A stretch of DNA of 64,000 bases from the IMG/VR virus record IMGVR_UViG_2706794662_000007; one strand, written 5' to 3'. The position numbers and the translations under genes were made by a program. A model generated the notes under the pieces. It saw only the letters and a list, made by a program, of their open reading frames with translations. It was not told where the DNA came from and did no database searches. Position 1 is the first letter of the stretch. Each line of letters begins with the position of its first letter. Positions 8,138 to 18,866 of this stretch are shown here, in pieces. This DNA is from a virus (Duplodnaviria > Heunggongvirae > Uroviricota > Caudoviricetes).

Positions 8138-11100
8138 TTACTTCTCCCGAAGTTCTTTAATCTCATGACGAAGTGTTTTAAAGCCCTCGACTAACAATGC
8201 AATTATGCCGTTGTAGTTAAGACACAGACGTTTTTCACCAGATATAACGTCTGTGTCTTCAGTTACCAGTTCAGACAATGCTTTTTGTGCATCCTGAGCA
8301 ATTAAACCAACTGACGTTTTCCAACTATCATCAGAGAGTTGGATTTCATAAAGATAACCAGTAAGTGCCTCCAAACGATCTAACGCATTATCTAGCTTTA
8401 CCAGATTACGCTTGTTACGCTTATCTGAGCGGATCTGAACATCATTAAATGAGCCATTTCCATTTACAGTCAAATTACCTGTTATCGTACCCCCACCGAT
8501 AGGCAAAGCACCAATTTGAGCGGCACTTATACTAATATTTTTTGTTCCGTCGAAACTTACTCCATTTATAGTACGTGCTGTTTGTAGCTTAGTTGCTGAT
8601 GCTGCGTTACCAGATGTATTCTGATTTCCTGACGTATTCACACCTGGAAGATTAATGTTTGCGCTACCATCAAATGATACTCCACCTATTGTTCTTGATG
8701 TTTTTAATTTAGTAGCTGTTGCAGCATTACCTGATGTGTTCTGATTTCCAGCTTTGTTAACGCCTGGTAAATCTATATTCGCTGTACCATCAAACGATAC
8801 CCCCCCTATATTTCTCGCTGTTTTCAGTTTCGTAGCCGAAACTGCATTTCCATTTGAGGCAAGGGCGCCTATCTCTGAAGCCGTTGGTTTATTTTGAGAA
8901 CTGTAATTACGACGCCATGTTGGGCTATAGTTATCGCCGTTGTATGTATAAATAAACTCACTATTAAGAACAGCACCAGATGCACCTCCAGATGTTGAAG
9001 GTGTTGTAATGCGTATAGTGTAATTACTTGTACCGGTTGAAAACACCTCAATAACAGAACCAGCAAGAGGTATAACTCCACATCCCGTTGATGCATTTCC
9101 TATATAACAGTTACTACCATAAGACCAGCTACAACGTGTGCTCCACTGAGTTGCATCAAATGCCCCTTGTGAATTTAACCATGCGACAAATTGTGCAGTT
9201 GTCCACTCTTGAGTATTCCCCGTAGCAAGATTAGCAACATATTTTGCTGCACCTAGTTGTTTTGGCGTGATGCTTATATTCTTTGAGCCATCAAAACTGA
9301 CCCCATTTATTTTTCGTGCCGTTGCAAGTTTTGTCGCCGTTGCAGCATTACCTGACGTGTTCTGATTTCCAGCTTTATTGACACCAGGTAAGTCAATATT
9401 TGCAGTGCCATTAAACGATACCCCACCTATTGTTCTTGCCGTTTGCAGTCTCGTTGCGCTCCCTGCATTACCTGTTGTACTCTGATTTCCAACCTTGTTA
9501 ACGCCTGGTAAGTCAATATTTGCAGTGCCGTCAAATAACATTCCACCAATTGAACGAGGTGTTGCTAACTTAGTGGCAGAGGCAGCGTTTCCACTAGTAC
9601 TCTGAGTTCCTGTTGAGTTTACACCTGGTAGATTTATATCTGATGAACCATCAAACGGTACTCCGCCAATTTTTCGTGCTGCTTTTAATTTTGTTGCGGT
9701 ATCGGAATTTCCGTTAAGTGAGCCTGCAAGACCATTACTAAATGTTTGCTTTGCACTCCATGTATTGGCTGTACTCAATAAAGGTATTTTATCGCCACTT
9801 GTTCCATTTTCCTTCAATCCAAGATACTGAATAATCGCCTGTACACTTGCTTTAGAAAGAATATCTCGACCAACAGAAGTTATTGTTGCTAATCCAGCTG
9901 TATCATTCCCTGTAAAATAAGGAAGTTTATTAGCGGCTGTTGTTAGTCCAGCCAGTGCAGTCAGCGTAGCATCAAGAGGTTGTTTTGTGGCCAACTTGTT
10001 CGTCATTGTTGTGGCAAAATCGGGATCATCACCCAAAGCCCTTGCCAACTCATTAAGAGTATCAAGCGCTTCAGGTGATGATCCTACAAGACCTGAGATC
10101 GCTTCTCTTACATAAGCAGTTGTGGCAATTTGCGTATTATTAGTGCCTTGAGTCGCCGTTGGTGCCGTTGGTGTGCCAGTAAATGCTGGGCTGTTGATTG
10201 CTGCTTTTCTATCAGCAAGATCCTTTACACTTTTAACCGCTTTTGTTGTTGCGGCCAATGATTCAGAGGCGTTATTTGTATCGCTACTTAATTGAACCAG
10301 CCCTTTTTGTGAAGTTGTCGCGTCATTTGCAGTATATTTTGATTTAGCAAGATCAAACGCAGCCTTTACTGCTTTTGGTGTTGCTGCAAATTCTTCTGAC
10401 GAACTGCTCGTCTCACTGCTTAATTTGACAATACCCTTCATAGTCAAACTGGCATCATGTAATGATATCGCTGACAAAGCTCTTTCTGCTCTAGTAGCAG
10501 CTATCTCTGCACGCTCTGCCGATGCAAGTGCTGATGTTTGGCTTTGCTTTGCTTCTTCTGCTTTAGCCGCAGATTCAGCTGATTTCGATGATGCGTTACT
10601 AGCACTAGTTGAGGCTTCAGCAGACTTTCGGCTAGCTTCATCCTTCGAAGCTCTAGCAGCAGACGCATAAGTTGAAGCCTGATTAGCGGATGTCTTCGCA
10701 GACCTTGCCGACTCTCTAGCCTGATTTGCAGAAGTTGATGCACTGCCAGCACCAGAAGCAGCATTCATTTCAGATAATTTTGCAGCCTCTTTAGAGACCA
10801 ACGCAGCATTAGCCGAACTTGTGGCTTCTGTTGCCTTAGTGGAAGCTGTTGATGCAGAAATTGCAGCTGCGTTCTTCGCCTCTAAAGCACTTGTTTCTGA
10901 TGCTTTAGCACTTGATGCACTTTTATTTGCTGCATTTTTAGACGCTGTAGCATCCAACGCACTATTAGATGCCTGAGTAGCCTTACTGCTTGCTAGATTC
11001 GCACTCTTCGCCGCAGCCGACGCACTGGCCGCAGCCTGTTTTGCTTTATCTCCTGCGGAATTAATTGCGTTAGTATTATTTTCATACCATTCTACGTGCT

Positions 11101-11509
11101 TATTATGCTCCGCGATAATCTTAGAAAGAGGTTTTACATTAACATTAGTGCCATCTTCTCGCTCAAGAGTAACTTCATCTACGGCAGTTAACCAATTTCG
11201 AACTGTTTTTGCATCACCAGACATTCGTGATAAAAGAGCCGTAAATCTCGCACTAAACTGTGTCAAATCTCCTTCGTAGGTAGTGATGATCCTACATGGT
11301 ATATCACTTTGCGTTTCACCAGTATAGTTTTCAACCAACGTTAAGGTTGTGTCATTTGTTACGCTTTTAATTTCATACAATTTATTATCAGGTGCGACGA
11401 CAATCATGCCAGGCAACACACCATTGGCCGTAACGTTCCATGCTGTCCCAGCACCAACCAGAGTATTGCTGCCTTGTGTAAATGTGATAGTACCTTCCCT
11501 GTACCACAT
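8138..11509 (-). CDS. tail fibre protein with tandem ~38-aa fibre repeats and C-terminal intramolecular chaperone (S74-like) domain
   Basis: repeated ATKLxTARxIGGVSFDGTANIDLPGVN units; Ala/Ser-rich coiled region; C-terminal chaperone-like tail. Confidence 0.85.
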   Translation of the reverse strand: MWYREGTITFTQGSNTLVGAGTAWNVTANGVLPGMIVVAPDNKLYEIKSVTNDTTLTLVENYTGETQSDIPCRIITTYEGDLTQFSARFTALLSRMSGDAKTVRNWLTAVDEVTLEREDGTNVNVKPLSKIIAEHNKHVEWYENNTNAINSAGDKAKQAAASASAAAKSANLASSKATQASNSALDATASKNAANKSASSAKASETSALEAKNAAAISASTASTKATEATSSANAALVSKEAAKLSEMNAASGAGSASTSANQARESARSAKTSANQASTYASAARASKDEASRKSAEASTSASNASSKSAESAAKAEEAKQSQTSALASAERAEIAATRAERALSAISLHDASLTMKGIVKLSSETSSSSEEFAATPKAVKAAFDLAKSKYTANDATTSQKGLVQLSSDTNNASESLAATTKAVKSVKDLADRKAAINSPAFTGTPTAPTATQGTNNTQIATTAYVREAISGLVGSSPEALDTLNELARALGDDPDFATTMTNKLATKQPLDATLTALAGLTTAANKLPYFTGNDTAGLATITSVGRDILSKASVQAIIQYLGLKENGTSGDKIPLLSTANTWSAKQTFSNGLAGSLNGNSDTATKLKAARKIGGVPFDGSSDINLPGVNSTGTQSTSGNAASATKLATPRSIGGMLFDGTANIDLPGVNKVGNQSTTGNAGSATRLQTARTIGGVSFNGTANIDLPGVNKAGNQNTSGNAATATKLATARKINGVSFDGSKNISITPKQLGAAKYVANLATGNTQEWTTAQFVAWLNSQGAFDATQWSTRCSWSYGSNCYIGNASTGCGVIPLAGSVIEVFSTGTSNYTIRITTPSTSGGASGAVLNSEFIYTYNGDNYSPTWRRNYSSQNKPTASEIGALASNGNAVSATKLKTARNIGGVSFDGTANIDLPGVNKAGNQNTSGNAATATKLKTSRTIGGVSFDGSANINLPGVNTSGNQNTSGNAASATKLQTARTINGVSFDGTKNISISAAQIGALPIGGGTITGNLTVNGNGSFNDVQIRSDKRNKRNLVKLDNALDRLEALTGYLYEIQLSDDSWKTSVGLIAQDAQKALSELVTEDTDVISGEKRLCLNYNGIIALLVEGFKTLRHEIKELREK

Positions 11510-11603
11510 GTTGAATCTGCTCCTTTAATCAGGTGGGCTATCCTTGCCCACCATTAAGTATGTAACTACCTATTATTATCGATAAAAATATTTTTTTCCA
11601 TAA

Positions 11604-14600
11604 TCAAAGTCGACCAATTCTTACCCTGAGTACATTATTGTCGTCGTAAACGTCGATTCTCTGCCCATTGATAACTAATCTCCCATTTCCTCCACTGTTA
11701 CCGTTAATCTCAAGCGTTCCGTTTTTGCCAAATCTCCATCCGGCTCGTCCTCTTACGAAGTTTGTTGATTGTAAGTCACCTACCTTTGCGTTTGTGATAG
11801 TGCCATCTTTGATATAAGCACCGTTCATATACGCAACGCTGTTTTCGATAACAAATGGCGTTGTGATCTTCCCATTAACATTGTTGACCAAACCAAATCG
11901 ATCTGCCCGCACCAAAAACTGAGAAAGCCCCGTTGTATCAATACCCAGCGCAATGCCCGCTACATACTTCTGCCCACCACTCGTTGAAGTTTCCATCTTC
12001 AATGTGTACGAGGTTGATACTTTTCTATTAGCGTCAGCTATAGCAGAAGCCTGCTGCTGAATAACGGCAACATTTCCATCTACAGACGCTTTCAGTGTAT
12101 CAATTCGTTTTCCTAGAGCGTTGTCTGCACTTGTTCTGGCCTTTGACTCTGACGTAATCGCTGCATTGATATAATTTGTTGTTTGCGACTGGAGATTAGT
12201 TACCCTTGTCGAAAGCGCTGCATCAGCATCAGTTCTGGCTTTCGTCTCTTCTGCTACAGCAGCCTTTATATCTTTACCTGTTTGTGTCTTTAGTGAGTTA
12301 ATCTGCGACGTCAATGCGGTATCAGCGGCAGCTCTTGCTTGAGTTTCAACCGCAACAGCTGCACTTATATCCTTAGCAGTTTTTGTTTTAAAACTTGCCA
12401 AGTCTTTTGCAATGGCAGAATCCTGACTTGTACGAGATGTCGATTCTCGCTCTATCGAGGACTGAAGATTATTAGCCCTCGTAGTAAGAGAAGAAATTTG
12501 TCTGGATAATGCATCGTTAGCGTCAGTTCTTGCTTTGGTTTCAACTGCTACCGCCGCTGCAATGTCTTTACCTGTTTTTGTTTTTAAACTACTAACTTCT
12601 CTTGATAGTGCACTATCGCCTGATGCTCTGGCTTCTCTTTCCTCATTAATAGCAGCTGATATGTCATCATCTACTTTTGCCTGCAATTGATTAATTTGTG
12701 TGGATAACGCTGAATCGCCGCTAACTCGCGCTTGTTGCTCACTTTTAATAGCAGCAGATATATCGTTATTAACTTTTGTTTGAAGTTGAGTTATTTGCCT
12801 TGATAATGCTTCATCTTGCGTTGCTCTTGTTTGTTGCTCTTCTCTAATAGCGGTTGAAATATCAGTATTTACTTTAGACTCCAGTTGTGTGATCTGCTTT
12901 GAAAGAGTCTCATTGGCCGATGCTCTTGCAGATTGTTCGGTCCTTATTGCGGCACTGATATCACCTTCAAATTTACTCTGTAATTGTGTCACACGATTGG
13001 CTAACGCATTATCACCATCAGTTCTGGCTGTCGCTTCTTCGAGAATAGATGCTCGAATGTTGTCACCAATCTCGGCTCGTATCTCTTCAACCTTAGACGC
13101 CATTGCTGACACATCATCGACAAGAATCTTTTGAGTCGTGGCAATTTTCGCGTTATTTACCAGCTGTCTGTGCTGATCTTCGTCCTGCCGCAACGCAAGA
13201 TCGATATTTGTCTTAGAAATGGCTTCAAGATTAGTTGTGATTTCTGAACTTACTCTTCCTACCTCAGCAACCGTTCTCCGCATTTCTTCTACAGCCGCAA
13301 CACTTTCATCAACCGATGATCTCATCGTTTCTATCTTTTTAGCATTCGCTAGATCTGCTTGTGCACGAACTTTACGCTCTTCGGCAATTAAAGATGATGC
13401 ATTTTCAAGTGCCGCATTTGCTGCTTCTACGACACCAGCAACAGAATCACCTTGTTTTGATACTGTATTACGTAGTTCAATAAGTGCTGCATTTGAATTT
13501 TCAACTTGTCGTAATGCATCATCTACTTTTTCCCGAGTGCTAGAAACTTCCGTTCTAAGCTCGCTTTGCGCATTCTCCAGTGTCTCGCTGCGTTCAGTAA
13601 ACGATGTTTTGAACTCATCGATACTACTCGTTAGCTCCTTATTTAATGCGGAAATTTCACCTTCCAGAGATTCGACGCTCTGATCGATATGATTATTGAT
13701 TTCATCAACAGCTTGTTGAGAAGCCTTACTGTCAATTTCCTCATTTAAAGCCTGGCCAAGTTCTGACGAGGTAATTTTATTGGCTAAAAATGAAAGAACA
13801 TCTCGCGTTGTGGCCTCTGTACCAAGATTTGAGTTTGGGCGACTCAACATGCCACGCTTATTTGCTGATCTAACCCAGTAATACCAAGTTTCACTATCCC
13901 CAAGACCAGAATGTGTAAAGGTGGTGCTTGCAGACTCTGCGATCAGTTTCGCCGTATCCAGATTGTTGGTCTGGGATGCGTAAACATTAATGTGATCAAG
14001 GTCTACCGAATCTGGATTAACCCAATTCAGTATCACATTACGATAGTCTCCAACGGCCGTTAATGACGTTGGTGCATCCGGCGGTGTCATTGTGCCCAGC
14101 ACCTGATAAACGGTACTGATAATCTCTGTTTTTTTACCGTTGAATGAAACCGCATACAGTTGGAAGTCGTAGCGTCCATTCTCCGCGACATTAACGATTT
14201 CGTATTGCTCTTCGGTTACACGTGCCGATTGCCAGTTCGATACATTGTTTTCATCAGAACGTCGCCAACTGATCCAATACTCTGGAGATTTCCCTTCCCA
14301 TGTTGCAGTCAGTTTTACTGACAGGTTGCCTGGGCTTGAGAGATAAGTCCCTTCGGTGATTTGCAAATTAGACGGCTTGGAGTAAGTCGGGTCCAATACC
14401 GTCGTATTCTGCGGGATAAGCGTTGCACCATTGTCGATTGCCTCATATTTAGACGGATTGTTCTCAACAGCGGTGATGTCAAAGCTACCCGACGTTTCCC
14501 CCTGAGCGATGTTAACGATGCGAACGCGCATAGGTTCGAGATCTGGTTCTGTGATTGTCCATACACCGTTCAAAACAGGCGTTTCCGCTGACGACAGAGC

Positions 14601-16316
14601 TTTTGAAAACGTAACCTTTGTTATGTTTTCGCCAGTTTCAAGAACATCGCGTTCAACGATTTTGCCTTCCTGATTCAATATCCGAATAAAGCTGCCGCTT
14701 TTAGCTAACGACACAGGCGCATCGAGAGTGATGCTGTTTTTGGTAAACTCCACAATTCGACCGGAGTTACGTTTACCTGCACGATATTTGTTCTGAATCA
14801 GAACGGTTTCACCGGGCATCAGAAATGAGGCGTCTAAACCGGCAGTAAATGTAATTACATCCGACTCCATTCTGGCGGTATACAAAAGCCACAAACCAAC
14901 TCGGTGAGCCTGGCCTCGGCTTGTACATCCAAATGCTACGACTTCTGTTTTACGCTCACCATAACGGCGCATTGCGTCCTGATCTTCAACGTACTCAATG
15001 TTTTGCTTATAACCGTCCTCCTTGTTGTTGTAGGTTACGAGCGCAACGGATGGGCGATCTTTACGCGCAGAACCTTTATAGGTAAACAATCCATCTTTGA
15101 CGTTCGAGTTGGTAAACATCATTACTGGATCTGATGGGCTATCCTGCATGATGTTAACCATGCCACCAGCCCAAAACACCATGCCGCGGAATGCACCGGC
15201 AATATCCTGAATTAGTCGGTATGCATCCTGTCTACTGGTGATCTGCGTATTGATTGCAAAGCGTTTCTCTTTACCACCAAAGCCATCATCAACCTCTTCG
15301 TCACAATATCGACCGATCTGGTACAGTTGGCCGAGATCAATCATAGATTCCGACACATACTGACCAAGCCCATATCGAGAATTGGTAAGCAAGTCGAAGA
15401 GAATCCACGCAGGGTTTGAAGATGACAACAGCTTAAAAGAGCCATCCCATACGCCATCATAAGTGTTGCTAGCCTCGTTGTAGTTTGATGGTACGCGAAT
15501 TTTTAATCCCCGCACCAGATAGGAACGAGAAGGCATAGAGCCGCCAAACTGCTCAGAATTAACCTTCAGTCCCACCAACGCAGAGTTTGGGTAGTTCATC
15601 GGTGTATCAACGATCTCACCGATTGAGTCCACCCATGTATCGTTATAAAGATACTGACCGCTGTTATCATCAGTAATACGAACTACTCGAACACTGTATG
15701 CCCGACCTGGCTTGGGTAACTTCAGCTCATAACTACGATAATAAGCACCGGTTTTCTTCGCTGTTAACTTAATACCAACGTTTTTTTCACCTTCTGCGAC
15801 CACATCTACAAATGTTGAATCTCCATTTGAGATCTGGAACTTATACTCAACGGTAGTGCCGTTTGTATCACCCGTTTTTTGGTCTATTCTTCGCAGAGAA
15901 GGGAACTTCATGATGACTCGAACACGATCGGCCTCATCGTTATCTATTGAAACCGTCACATAATGCGATTTCTTTAGTTGGATATTGATCGATTTAGGTG
16001 TTTCGACGAAATCAAAGCCAGACATTGGTGTCTGGTCTTGCGAGCCGTCTCGAAAATCCCATGAAATTCCGCTAAAGTTTGAAGAGCCGTCTTCATTTAC
16101 TATGGGCAAATCGTCGACAAAAATAGATCTTGCGCCATTTACCAAGCCGCCAATTACGCCTTCTCCAAGAAGATCGAGAATAGAGGCCATAGCACGAGAA
16201 TTTACGGTATCGTCTGCTTCAACTGGTGTGCGACTAGAGCTTTTGCTACTTTTTTTGCCACCAGAACCTGCAATTAATAGAGGTAACTTTTTCTTCTTGA
16301 ACTGTTCCATGTCCAA
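11604..16316 (-). CDS. host-specificity / central tail tip protein (lambda J-like), 1570 aa
   Basis: N-terminal half aligns by eye with lambda gpJ; C-terminal half has ~28-aa coiled repeats. Confidence 0.85.
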   Translation of the reverse strand: MDMEQFKKKKLPLLIAGSGGKKSSKSSSRTPVEADDTVNSRAMASILDLLGEGVIGGLVNGARSIFVDDLPIVNEDGSSNFSGISWDFRDGSQDQTPMSGFDFVETPKSINIQLKKSHYVTVSIDNDEADRVRVIMKFPSLRRIDQKTGDTNGTTVEYKFQISNGDSTFVDVVAEGEKNVGIKLTAKKTGAYYRSYELKLPKPGRAYSVRVVRITDDNSGQYLYNDTWVDSIGEIVDTPMNYPNSALVGLKVNSEQFGGSMPSRSYLVRGLKIRVPSNYNEASNTYDGVWDGSFKLLSSSNPAWILFDLLTNSRYGLGQYVSESMIDLGQLYQIGRYCDEEVDDGFGGKEKRFAINTQITSRQDAYRLIQDIAGAFRGMVFWAGGMVNIMQDSPSDPVMMFTNSNVKDGLFTYKGSARKDRPSVALVTYNNKEDGYKQNIEYVEDQDAMRRYGERKTEVVAFGCTSRGQAHRVGLWLLYTARMESDVITFTAGLDASFLMPGETVLIQNKYRAGKRNSGRIVEFTKNSITLDAPVSLAKSGSFIRILNQEGKIVERDVLETGENITKVTFSKALSSAETPVLNGVWTITEPDLEPMRVRIVNIAQGETSGSFDITAVENNPSKYEAIDNGATLIPQNTTVLDPTYSKPSNLQITEGTYLSSPGNLSVKLTATWEGKSPEYWISWRRSDENNVSNWQSARVTEEQYEIVNVAENGRYDFQLYAVSFNGKKTEIISTVYQVLGTMTPPDAPTSLTAVGDYRNVILNWVNPDSVDLDHINVYASQTNNLDTAKLIAESASTTFTHSGLGDSETWYYWVRSANKRGMLSRPNSNLGTEATTRDVLSFLANKITSSELGQALNEEIDSKASQQAVDEINNHIDQSVESLEGEISALNKELTSSIDEFKTSFTERSETLENAQSELRTEVSSTREKVDDALRQVENSNAALIELRNTVSKQGDSVAGVVEAANAALENASSLIAEERKVRAQADLANAKKIETMRSSVDESVAAVEEMRRTVAEVGRVSSEITTNLEAISKTNIDLALRQDEDQHRQLVNNAKIATTQKILVDDVSAMASKVEEIRAEIGDNIRASILEEATARTDGDNALANRVTQLQSKFEGDISAAIRTEQSARASANETLSKQITQLESKVNTDISTAIREEQQTRATQDEALSRQITQLQTKVNNDISAAIKSEQQARVSGDSALSTQINQLQAKVDDDISAAINEEREARASGDSALSREVSSLKTKTGKDIAAAVAVETKARTDANDALSRQISSLTTRANNLQSSIERESTSRTSQDSAIAKDLASFKTKTAKDISAAVAVETQARAAADTALTSQINSLKTQTGKDIKAAVAEETKARTDADAALSTRVTNLQSQTTNYINAAITSESKARTSADNALGKRIDTLKASVDGNVAVIQQQASAIADANRKVSTSYTLKMETSTSGGQKYVAGIALGIDTTGLSQFLVRADRFGLVNNVNGKITTPFVIENSVAYMNGAYIKDGTITNAKVGDLQSTNFVRGRAGWRFGKNGTLEINGNSGGNGRLVINGQRIDVYDDNNVLRVRIGRL

Positions 16317-16326
16317 AAATCCTTGA

Positions 16327-16920
16327 TTACATAAGCTGGTCGATGGTGATAGAAGAACTCACGACCTGTGAGCCAACTAAAATTTCCTCGCCATAGATAA
16401 GCTGTACAGGGTTCCCCTGGTTTGTTGTGTTTTGAGGTCCATCAAAGTAATAAGAGTTCGAGTTATCCGCCTGCCTCACACTTTCGTTAGTGGCTTGCGG
16501 AGATATGATTTGCGCTATACCGCCCATCATCAGTGACAAACCGAGAGGGGCAAGAGCGGGCATCATTACCGCCGATACAACCAACAAAGCGGCCCCTACT
16601 ACCGTCTGAAACCACCCAAAAGCAGATCCGCCGCTTCCTCGCGGAACAGGGGTAATGCGGATTTTGGCAATGTTGTCAGACTGCCCCATCATCTGATATT
16701 CACTCTCGTCCACAGACCACTTGTGGCCCTGTTTATTGGTGATCTGGATGTGGTATCTGTCATAGGTTTTGATATTGCGCTTCATCCATGCTTTAAAACC
16801 AGGCTTATTGGCCTCAATTAAATCCAGAGCCTGTTTTGTATTGCGCACCTTTAGATGCCAGTGGCGGCCAAAATGTTTGGCCATAGGGCCGCCAAGCTGC
16901 ACATGAACTAACTCAGACAC
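16327..16920 (-). CDS. tail assembly protein (lambda I-like)
   Basis: 197 aa between K-like and J-like genes; hydrophobic C-terminal half. Confidence 0.6.
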   Translation of the reverse strand: MSELVHVQLGGPMAKHFGRHWHLKVRNTKQALDLIEANKPGFKAWMKRNIKTYDRYHIQITNKQGHKWSVDESEYQMMGQSDNIAKIRITPVPRGSGGSAFGWFQTVVGAALLVVSAVMMPALAPLGLSLMMGGIAQIISPQATNESVRQADNSNSYYFDGPQNTTNQGNPVQLIYGEEILVGSQVVSSSITIDQLM

Positions 16921-17732
16921 GTCTCATCTCCCTTGAGCAAGTCTCTGTGACGCAAGTGATGCGTCGTATGTTTCTGATACATCCCGCCGTAATAAGCACG
17001 ACAACTAAGGCGGTCGATCTGGTGATGAAGAATCATTCCATCGCCGATATAAACCGCACAGTGGTCAGGCATTTTTCCGTATTGGATAAAGAAGACGTCC
17101 CCACGTTGAGGTTCTGTTCCGGGCGCAAGCCGTACCAATCCTTCGTTTCGGTAGTTCTGGTCGAGAATGTCGTTATCGCCGGTGTACCACGATGGAATAT
17201 GCAGGTGTGCGTTCGGGTTTAGTTCGACGTTAAACTCACGCTTCAAATAGTCCCGACACAACATCCAGCAATCGAATACGCCAAATACATACGGTCTGCA
17301 CAGGTATGGCATTTCGAAACCATCAGGTGTGATCACATTCATCTCGCTAAAATGGAAAGGGGCATCTCCCTCAACATTCTTGCGAATAGCCAGAATCATC
17401 CACGGAACTTCCGTCGCTTCGCAGCCTGCACGATCGGCATCAGATGCTTCTGCTGATTCATCAGTATGTGAATGCCAGATTGCGATAACATCACCCGCAT
17501 CCTCAGCCGCCATAATGTCGTCAACGTGCATTACAAAAGTGTTCTGCGGGTTCTCCGAAACATTCCGCGCTTCCATAAAGCGATATTTGTCGCCATTAGT
17601 TCTAACCAGAAAGCCACACGCTTCATTAGGGTAGCGATTTATGGCGCAGAGATAGATTTGCTGCATAACGTCAGAGCCAAGCTCAGGGATTGCTTTATTA
17701 CCCATACCGCGTAGCTCCAATAAATCCACCAA
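16908..17732 (-). CDS. tail assembly protein K-like (JAB/MPN metalloprotease + NlpC/P60 domains)
   Basis: JAMM motif HSHTDESAEASD; conserved Cys/His of NlpC/P60 half. Confidence 0.8.
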   Translation of the reverse strand: MVDLLELRGMGNKAIPELGSDVMQQIYLCAINRYPNEACGFLVRTNGDKYRFMEARNVSENPQNTFVMHVDDIMAAEDAGDVIAIWHSHTDESAEASDADRAGCEATEVPWMILAIRKNVEGDAPFHFSEMNVITPDGFEMPYLCRPYVFGVFDCWMLCRDYLKREFNVELNPNAHLHIPSWYTGDNDILDQNYRNEGLVRLAPGTEPQRGDVFFIQYGKMPDHCAVYIGDGMILHHQIDRLSCRAYYGGMYQKHTTHHLRHRDLLKGDETCLS

Positions 17733-18165
17733 AATGGATCACACCGTCGGCAAAATAATTCCGACGCGCATTACAGGCGTCATAACGTTTTGTGCAGTAA
17801 TCCGCACCAGACATAGACGTCTGCTGGTTATTTTTGTCGAAATATGGACCGGTATAGCCGCATTCTGGCCCTCGGTATTTCCACGGGCAGGTGTTTTTAA
17901 TGATCTGACGATACGGCAGTTGTACCCCCATCAAATCGAACACACTGGACAATTCAAACTCGACAACCTGATGAGTTTCGAGAGTTTTCTGTTCGATAAA
18001 CCACATTTCATCCGGGAAATGTTGGTTTGGATCTGCTGTTGGGTTGCCGTCTTTAAAATTAACGGCATCGAGGAAGCGAGCCAGCGTCATCTTGCGAATA
18101 ATGCGGCAGCCAACAAGATCGTCGTTCGCCTGAACTTCCGCAGAGACGGTTCCGGCAAAGTTCGN
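17698..18165 (-). CDS. minor tail protein L-like (5' part lost in N-run)
   Basis: C-terminal Cys cluster CPWKYRGPECGYTG...C..RYDAC; N-terminus masked. Confidence 0.65.
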   Translation of the reverse strand, partial: XNFAGTVSAEVQANDDLVGCRIIRKMTLARFLDAVNFKDGNPTADPNQHFPDEMWFIEQKTLETHQVVEFELSSVFDLMGVQLPYRQIIKNTCPWKYRGPECGYTGPYFDKNNQQTSMSGADYCTKRYDACNARRNYFADGVIHFGGFIGATRYG

Positions 18166-18414
18166 NNNNNNNNNNNNNNNNNNNNNNNNNNNNNNNNNNN
18201 NNNNNNNNNNNNNNNNNNNNNNNNNNNNNNNNNNNNNNNNNNNNNNNNNNNNNNNNNNNNNNNNNNNNNNNNNNNNNNNNNNNNNNNNNNNNNNNNNNNN
18301 NNNNNNNNNNNNNNNNNNNNNNNNNNNNNNNNNNNNNNNNNNNNNNNNNNNNNNNNNNNNNNNNNNNNNNNNNNNNNNNNNNNNNNNNNNNNNNNNNNNN
18401 NNNNNNNNNNNNNN
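18166..18414. other. run of 249 N (unresolved or masked bases)
   Basis: literal n characters. Confidence 1.
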
Positions 18415-18488
18415 CCTTGAAATAAGTAGGCGCTGACATCCTGTCAGCGCCACAATGATAGTAAATTAGTACTTACTTATCCAGATAC

Positions 18489-18824
18489 TTAAGCCTCAAA
18501 TACTTGTCTGAATGTAGCAGTTAAGACACAGTACCCCTGATATCTCTTGACCGTATGACTGTCACATACAACTACAATCTGCTTGCCTCTTGGATTAACC
18601 CAATAGAACGATTCAACACCTGATCGCTCAGTAAGGAAGTCATCGATTGCATTAATTTCGTTGTATGATCTGGTAAAGGTTAACGACCATTCTTCTTTAA
18701 TACGATTAAGACCTTGAGCCTGTCGCTGCTCGTAGTCATCACCAAAATTAAGTACCGTTACATTCGGTTTTACGCTCTTTTCAGATTCGTAATCTGGATA
18801 CCAATTAAACGTTTGTCTTTCCAT
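18489..18824 (-). CDS. minor tail protein M-like
   Basis: 111 aa directly downstream of tape measure gene. Confidence 0.7.
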   Translation of the reverse strand: MERQTFNWYPDYESEKSVKPNVTVLNFGDDYEQRQAQGLNRIKEEWSLTFTRSYNEINAIDDFLTERSGVESFYWVNPRGKQIVVVCDSHTVKRYQGYCVLTATFRQVFEA

Positions 18825-18866
18825 CTCACATCCTTGTGAGACTGCCCCGACCGGGGCAGTCGATAG

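Noticed and set aside
12889-13683. Plus-strand ORFs (12889..13134, 13219..13683, also 10425..10670, 19255..19689, 21481..21927) inside large minus-strand tail genes
   Set aside because: Antisense frames of repeat-rich, Ala/Ser/Thr-biased coding sequence; low-complexity translations and no start context; the minus-strand genes are strongly supported.
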